64,000 nt of DNA from contig OZ241829.1 of NCBI GenBank assembly GCA_965202585.1, positions 19,902,001 through 19,966,000 on the forward strand, written 5' to 3'. Under the pieces are notes generated by a model. The model was given only the letters and a program-made list of their open reading frames with translations. It searched no databases and was not told where the DNA came from. Positions within the stretch are counted from its first letter, which is position 1. Each line of letters opens with the position of its first letter. The position numbers were made by a program, and so were the translations under genes. Below are positions 56,496 through 64,000 of the stretch, in pieces. The DNA is from Thalia democratica (Eukaryota).

Positions 56496-58019
56496 TATAA
56501 ACTAATCATTTTAAAACTTTTAGACGTTTAATGTTTTCTATTAAGGCTTTTAAACAATTTTTATTAATACAATACATCTTCAGTTACAAAACAACGTTTA
56601 AGTGCGTATAACTTAATTAGTTTATTATATTATCAAATTGTTCACAAATTTAAAGTGCTTATGCCTAAAATTAAACATAAACACTCTATCAATGCAACTA
56701 TCAATGAAACTCGAACCCAAAATATTTTATTGGAATAAGCACAATGGAGTTAATTTGAAGCCTTATCAAAAAGTAGTGTTTAAATACAACATTAAACAAA
56801 CTTTGATGCTTTTTATACCTTTCAAAGACAGTTTTATTGTTATCGCACTTTTGCACAGTTATTTAATTTTACTATTAGTGTTATCCCCAACCCTTACCCT
56901 TGGTCGGTAACTTTTTTTCTTAACATATTCGAAAAAAAGTTTTCTTGTATCATTTCTCGTTTTTTGAAAAAAAAATGGAGGTTCAAGAAAACTTACAAAA
57001 AGTGATAAAAATTACATAAAAGAAATTCCACAACAATACTTCATTTGAGTCGTTTCAAATTTTTAACATGTGTTTGTGTGTAGCCACATTAAAAAAAAAT
57101 CAGCTTAAAACTCCAAGGTCGCATTTTTTGAATCCCATACATTTTGCATTGGGGTGGTAATTAGAAAGTCGGTTTGAGGTAAGGTGAAAGTTTCTTCAAA
57201 TCATAAAAGTCAACACAGAAGAATTAACACCAAGGCATAACTTTTCTAACAATTTTTTTAACCATATTTCAGTTTTTTGTGTTTGTTTTTAATGACATTA
57301 GAACTATTTTATTCAATGTATGTTTTTTGAATTAAGTTTATTCTGTTCGTTGATATTTATAAAAACATTCTGGTACGGAAGTATAACTGTAAGAACGCAA
57401 TTTTTAAAATTAAATCGTTTATAATTTATTCATATCTCTTCTACAACCTACTTTTTTACATAAAAAGGTTAAGGAATAATTTAAGATACTGACAAATTAA
57501 ACCTAAAATATTGATAAAACTTTGCAACAAAAAGTGCTAATCACTGGAGTCGATCTTGCTATCTTAGGCTCTCAGATCGGGTTGACAATCGCTGAACCAC
57601 ACAACCACTTGCAAATTGCCTTCCATGCTGGTATATAAACTTAATAAAATAGTATATGGTTAGATTTATACAAAACAATTAAAGAGATCTCAATTACTAG
57701 AGGAAATACATTATATTTTATTCTTTCAAGACTCTATGATGCAAACTATGATTCGGTAAAAGACCTCGTAAGTGCTTAATTAAGTATAGAATACTTTAAT
57801 TTTGAATAAGTTTATTTAGATTTTATTTTTTTACTTTACTATAAATGGTTATTATACTTTTTATTTGAAATATTCTTACACACATAAAACTGTTTGTTTT
57901 ACACAAAACTTTTACGTGCATTTTAATATTTCAAAGTTTTCCATTCAAAAGCTGCAATAGCAGAGCAAGTGTAGTTATTAAAGGCAGTTTTGATTTTTGT
58001 TGCTTATGTCTAAATATAT

Positions 58020-58353
58020 ACTGTTAGGCTATATTTGCATCGGTCTTGTTATAATAGCTAGAAAAATTTGAACTTTCTATAATTTAAAAAGTTTTAATAC
58101 TTTAAACGTACAAAAGAAAGTTTTTGCACGCTCAATTTTTCTAGTTATCAAAGCATTTAATAAGTTTTGTTCTTTTTTGTTGCTTATGTCTAAATGAAAA
58201 GAACAAAACTTATTAAATGCTTTGATAACTAGAAAAATTGAGCGTGCAAAAACTTTCTTTTGTACGTTTAAAGTATTAAAACTTTTTAAATTATAGAAAG
58301 TTCAAATTTTTCTAGCTATTATAACAAGACAGATGCAAATATAGCCTAACAGT
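58020..58353. repeat. Near-perfect palindrome with 157-bp arms and a 20-bp spacer
   Basis: 58020-58176 versus 58197-58353, with one mismatch seen (58042). Confidence 0.9.
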
Positions 58354-59970
58354 TTATATATTATATATTACCAAAAACCAGAACTAAAGCAAAAGAGTTA
58401 TATTTCAAAACTAAAATCAACATTAAAATAGCATTTATATCACAAAATAAAAACAAAATTTTAAGTTTGATAAACATCACCAGCATTTACGTTATTGTTT
58501 TGACATTTTGTTGAAATATTTATCAGTAATTCTACCAAATTTACTGGTTAATAATTTGTTTACCTCTCTTCTTTATATTCACACAAGGAAATTTCCTTTT
58601 AAATGCACTTTATGGTTACAAAAAAAAATAATGAACCAACTTTTTACAAAGCTTTGTTTAAATCTTAGGCACCTTATTACATAATACATTGGTTTGCTTA
58701 GTACTTATTAATACAACAATACTTCAATCTAGTATTAGATAGAACCTTTAGTAGTAAGTATGTAAAAAAATGTTTATTCAGACACTAAGGTTTAGCTTAA
58801 GTTTACAAACTATAACAAAATATATCAAAACACTAATGAAACTGTTAGGCAAAGTAAACTTTAGAATAACTACTTAAATTAATAGAGTTGAGGAAAAAGT
58901 AGCATTCATCTGATGGCCAAACCAAATGTAGTCATTCAAATTTATGCAAATTTTTATGCAACAAAATCGAATGAAAAAGAACAAGTATAACTTTTTTTTT
59001 ATATTTGCCAATACTTAAAAATAAACATCTCCATCGTTTCTGGCAGAAAATTTCATGCGAAAAAACTGCAAAAAAATATTAAAACGATGAAAAATAAGTT
59101 TTATTTAATTTTCTTTTCATGGTTCTGTCTTATGGCAAGTTTAAAGAGGAAAATTTATTTTATCACGTGGTATCTATTCTCTTCTTTTAAAAACTTTAAT
59201 CTGCTTTTAAACTTTTCGCTATATTTTGCTTAAACCTTGCTTTTTTCAAAAACTAATTTTACCTGCATAGAAAGTTTATTTAGAAAGCAAATTTCGAGTG
59301 GCTCTCAAAAGTCGCTGTTTTTATTACAAGGGTGTTTTTGTTAAACTTGTTCAAATATTTTTTCAAGGAAATATCCTGTTAACTTGAGTTTAAATCTATT
59401 TATTTATAGTAAAGTCGTTATAAAGCTGATATGGTATGTCTGAATATCAACTATTTATACAGAAGTAGACAGCAGTGGTGATCTACATCATTTTATAAAT
59501 GAAGATTCACAAACACATTAAATATTCAAAATGCGATTAATACTTAACTGATTTACCTATGAAAATATATTTAAAATCACATATACTTTCTCGTTATTTG
59601 TCATTAACTTGAAAAAAAAAACATTAACAATCTGGCCTCACACTGTACGAAGCAGAAAATGACTGAGCTATTTTTGTAAGCCTGTGCAACAATAGTATTA
59701 GATAAAACGAATTGTTCTGTAAAAGTTGAATTGTGTTTAGTTGTTTAATAGCAGATCAAAAAATGAGAATGCAATTACTCTAATAGAGACAAGTGTAGTC
59801 AAACTCAGAGGTTTATCGTAAGGAAAACTGGTGAAAGATGTTGGATAAACTGTTGTATGAAATTCTATTTAGTCTTTACTTCACTAAGCTTAAACTAAGC
59901 AACTCGTTTGAACAAGTATGTTGCAGAAATTTTAAAACCAAAAACTAAATTAAATATCTTCAGTCTTTGG

Positions 59971-60244
59971 CAGCGATTCTTAACCTGGAGTAAATTTGTC
60001 CCTTGTTTAAGGAAATAAATTTTCTTTATTTCAAGTTATGTAAATTAATGTTTATAAATTTTCTTTTTAGTTGGTCTTTTTAGAAGCTAAATAAAGTCTT
60101 AAAAATTTACGGTTTTTTATATTTATTTGATAAGCGTGAATTTCAGAAAAGTTTTTATTTTACTCAAACTTTTGTAAATTGGGATTAAATTGGTAATTGC
60201 CTTCAAAAAACGGGTAAAACATGAAAAAAGGTTAAGAACCACTG
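59971..60244. mobile_element. hAT/Charlie-like MITE
   Basis: TIRs CAGCGATTCTTAACCT and AGGTTAAGAACCACTG; the flanks share GTCT (decayed TSD). Confidence 0.65.
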
Positions 60245-60509
60245 GTCTACATTATAACTAAATACTAAACAAACAATTTATTTGCTATTTATGAGACTTA
60301 TTATTAAGTTTAATTAAATAATATAACTATTTGAATTGCAATAGAATTAAAAAAGAAACTAAGTTTATGTAAGAAAACATAACAATAGAGTTAAACATGT
60401 TTAAATGATAACACGAATTAGATAGAAAACTTTTATAAGTAAACGAACTGGTATGTAGAACTAGTAAATTTATTAGACGAAATACAATACAATGATATTA
60501 ATAAATCAA

Positions 60510-61540
60510 ATTACAATAAGTAAAGTGTTATATATAGAATAATAGATTGATTGTCTACTCCAAAACCATACCATTTGGAGTACTACATCAATGTTATATA
60601 CTATAACACATAAAAATTTACTGTAATTCGAATATGTTTAATACCAAACATACATATGGACACTTGAAAGGATATACAACTAAAATTAAGAGAAAAATAC
60701 TAATCAAGACTGTATGATGACGTAGTGGGTAAATTAAATTTCAACTAAAACACTTAAATTAAATGAATAAAAAAAGACATTTTGCGACTATGATAATGCA
60801 TACAATTTGTAGAATTTTATGTGGACAATTTAAGACGTTTTTCATTTGAAATTCTAACTTAGTTGGTGGTTAGGAAGAAATTATTCTCACTTAAAATACA
60901 TGAGTAGTTACTCGTACATCAAACAAATAACTAATATGATACCAAACAGCAGAGTGACGGGGCCTAATGAACAGAAATAAAAAATAGAGCAAAGTAGTGG
61001 AAGTGAGTTGGCCTAGCGAAAAGCAGCCAACGAAGACAAACGAAAGAAGAAAACTGAAGACAAAACGAAAATCTTTAATTTATTCTAAACCCAAATAAGT
61101 AAATAAATAATATTTGCAAGTAGCATGAATTGTTTTGTCTAACTTTGTTTAACTAAAGCAGTGCCATAACTAACTTTTAATTGACCGTTATACACAAATA
61201 AACTAAGGTGTAATTTATTTAAGAGATATACTTAGTATTCAATACTATGTAACAATATATTTAGTTAAAATAACAAGTAAATGATATGGATAAATAAGAT
61301 TACAAAGTAAGTTGAAGTGTTTATTATAGAATAATACCAGGCTGTCTACTACAAAACTGTATTATTGGTAGTACGACACCAAAGATACATACTATAAAAC
61401 ATAAAACTTTACTTGTAATTTAAATATGTTAGTATTGAATTTAAAGGAAAAATAACATACTAAAAAATTGTGCGTAACTACTCGTACATCAAACAAAAAA
61501 CTAATTAGGTGCCGACCAGCATAAGGACACGGCCTAAAGG
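60510..61540. repeat. Diverged direct duplication (60510-60960 versus 61300-61540)
   Basis: Shared TATAGAATAAT..TGTCTACT.CAAAAC..and TACTCGTACATCAAACAAA.AACTAAT..GGCCTAA blocks. Confidence 0.65.
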
Positions 61541-62064
61541 ACGGCTTTCGTTATTTGTGCCAAAGTCCCGGGAGCAAGAGTTCCTCCGGAGGAGAAACTC
61601 GCAGCGGAAGGACTTATGCACAAATAACGAAAGCTGTCCGCTACCACTTTAACTCAAAACCGAACTACTTCTTAGAGCTCAGTACCACACTTTTATGTAG
61701 TTTGGCGGTCAGGCTTACTACCTGAACTCCAAGCGTAATTAGGTTTTGAAGAAAAAATGGTTGGGAAAAAAGTGAAAAAATTTTTCGCCGGCGGAGCCGG
61801 CGAAATGCCTTAAAAAAATATTTTTATCATCAATCTCAAAAATTTTCATCAAAAGTTTTACTTTGGGGAAATCCCCCATTTGTGAAAAATTGTGTGGGGA
61901 CCTTAATAATTAGTGCGTACCTTTTGCGTGTGCGTATTTCTTAAATGACGTACCTTATAGAAATCACGTTAATGCATTGTTACAAACTAAACCATACTAC
62001 TTCATGTGAATAACAAATTATTTTTTGTTCAAAATTTGTTAACTACTTGGATCTTAAGTAGTTC

Positions 62065-62276
62065 TAAGGTCCGGCTGCAGTTTTAACGTCGCTTCTGATT
62101 GGCTAATATATTACATTTTGTATTAATTTTAAGTTTGCAGTAATAAAACTTGTTTTTTATTTTATTTTTATGTAATTTGGTAATTGTTTTTAATATTGTG
62201 CTGTACTATCACTTCACCTCATAATAATATGAATGAAAACATATACAGAGCCTTACAACTGCAGCCGACCAACTTA
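62065..62276. mobile_element. Small MITE-like element
   Basis: TAAGGTCCGGCTGCAGTT ... AACTGCAGCCGACCAACTTA inverted ends. Confidence 0.5.
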
Positions 62277-62439
62277 AAATATGGCTCAACCTACCTTATC
62301 TAATTACTAACATATTTAAATTTAAACAACCCCTGTCAAAAACTATGTTGTTTAACCAATAAAATAGAGTAAAACTGAGTTATTACGAAATGTTATAAAA
62401 AATCCAAAAGGAATATTAGTGATTTTATTTTTTTAACAG

Positions 62440-63520
62440 TTTTTGACAGAGTTTATTTAAATAAAATAGTTAACATGTTTATATACCATATAAAAAACTA
62501 ACTTTTATTAATTATCAAAATAGTATTTGTTTAGAGTCTTTTTTGTGACACTATCTACTAGTATGAGTGATGAAACTACCAAAAAACACTTGGAAATAAT
62601 GCTGCACAATACATAGTATCAAGTTTGAGATAAAATAAACACCTATGTTAATTTGTAATGTCACAACAGAAATTCCAGACAAAGGCTTCTTTAAACTATT
62701 AGTAGTGTTACAAAAAAAGTTCAGCATGTCTATATAACAATCATATGTAGTCAGATAAAAGTCTGGTTTTGTCAGCTAGTCACAGTTTGTTTATCATAAC
62801 TCTGTTAAACACTAAAGGGTTATCAACATTTGTTTCTAAATATTAATTTTATATTTTTATCTTTTATTAGCTTTTAAATACACTCTATAACCGTTACAAG
62901 TAACAAACCAGATTCTTATCTAAATTAGCATTATCAATTATTACATAATTCTCAAAACATTTATTAAACACCTTGTTATGGTTTGAACAGTTTTTGTTCA
63001 AAGAATATAGTTAACATGCTTGTATATTATATCAAAAACTAACTATTAATCGTTTAAATAATCTTTCATAAGAGTTTTTATGGTGCCACTGTCTAACAGT
63101 AAATCATAAGTGTTTGTTTTATACAGCATTTCATTAACTAACACTGGTTTAGATGAAACTAACTAAAAACGTTTGATTTAATGCTACACATAGTATCAAA
63201 TTGAAGATGAAACAAATACTTATGATACACTATTTCATAATGTCACAATTAAAACTCCAGACAAAGACTATTTTGAAATATTATTAATATTCCAGAAAAT
63301 ATTATCATTTCTATACAACACAGTCTTTTTATAAACATCATATATAGTCAGACAACAGTCTGGGTTTTTGTTAGCTAGTTACAGCTTATTTATCACAACT
63401 CTATCAACTATAATAACCACTTAATGATTATCAATCTTATTATACATTTAAACTTTACTACCACTTTTAATTATAATCACTACAAGTAACTGAAACAAAC
63501 CGGACTTATATCTAACTTAG
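62440..63520. repeat. Diverged tandem duplication, about 540-bp period
   Basis: ATAGTTAACATG at about 62466 and 63007; CCAGACAAAG, TAGTCAGA and GCTAGT blocks recur in order. Confidence 0.7.
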
Positions 63521-64000
63521 TTATATAAACACATAAAAACACAAACTAATATCTGTCAGTTGATCAAGCTGTCTAAATATTGTTTGTGTTCTTATATGTT
63601 TATTTGTAATAAAATATGTAACTATACATTTTACACTGTAGCTTTAATTGCTTAGTGGTTAAAAAAATAATAATATCACTCTTACTTAAATAATTAATAA
63701 CAATATATCTCTAAAAGTGTGCAAAGAATTAACCACTTAGTTATAAAGCTTGTTACATTCAGAGTTACACTAAACAAAAAACAGCTCGATTTTTAGGTCT
63801 AGAATGATTAACTTCTTTATAAACTTTAAAACACATAAGTTTTGAAATATTAAATGCTCATAAGGTTTGAAAGTAACAGCGCTTAGTTACTTATGCACAC
63901 TTTAAAAACTTTATATGATCTATTTTCATCTAAAATTTTCATTACAATGTTCAAACTGGAATTTTTTAAATTAGTTCATACTTCTTGACATAATATTATA

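Noticed and set aside
59410-59520. Possible micro-exons around a 29-nt GTATGT..CAG intron
   Set aside because: The intron is shorter than any other here and the peptide has no recognisable homology.
60900-61080. Minus-strand hydrophobic open frame of about 60 codons
   Set aside because: No start or splice signal, low complexity, and not preserved in the duplicated segment.
61705-61730. let-7-like sequence TCAGGTAGTAAG on the minus strand
   Set aside because: Seed mismatch to TGAGGTAG and no precursor-sized hairpin; it is only a 5-bp mini stem.

Overview
Very AT-rich eukaryotic (animal-like) genomic DNA with GC-rich exons; the species cannot be identified from the window. (1) 382-6773: six 5' coding exons of a canonical poly(A) polymerase on the minus strand, continuing off the left edge. 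(2) 8157-10274: an intronless mitochondrial intermediate peptidase. (3) About 10.4-20.5 kb: intergenic DNA with several MITEs and foldbacks. (4) About 20.7-56 kb: a segmentally duplicated block. Two direct copies of a two-exon orphan, weakly PTB-like gene (one intact, one frameshifted) bracket nine loci of a divergent tandem ubiquitin-like (di-UBL) family with no C-terminal diglycine: six intact ORFs, one truncated, one frameshifted, one disrupted. (5) 56-64 kb: minisatellite, a near-perfect palindrome, MITEs, a 101-nt hairpin and tandem duplications. The best candidate for a novel system is the di-UBL array. The codon right after the second UBL domain is TTA, TAA or TGA depending on the copy and gates a latent hydrophobic tail. 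A conserved splice-donor-like motif lies 4 nt after the tail's stop, and the copies look like recombinant mosaics. A second striking pattern is that PAP exon-intron junctions are repeatedly duplicated into the neighbouring introns. All alignments were done by eye and family assignments come from motif recognition, not database searches.
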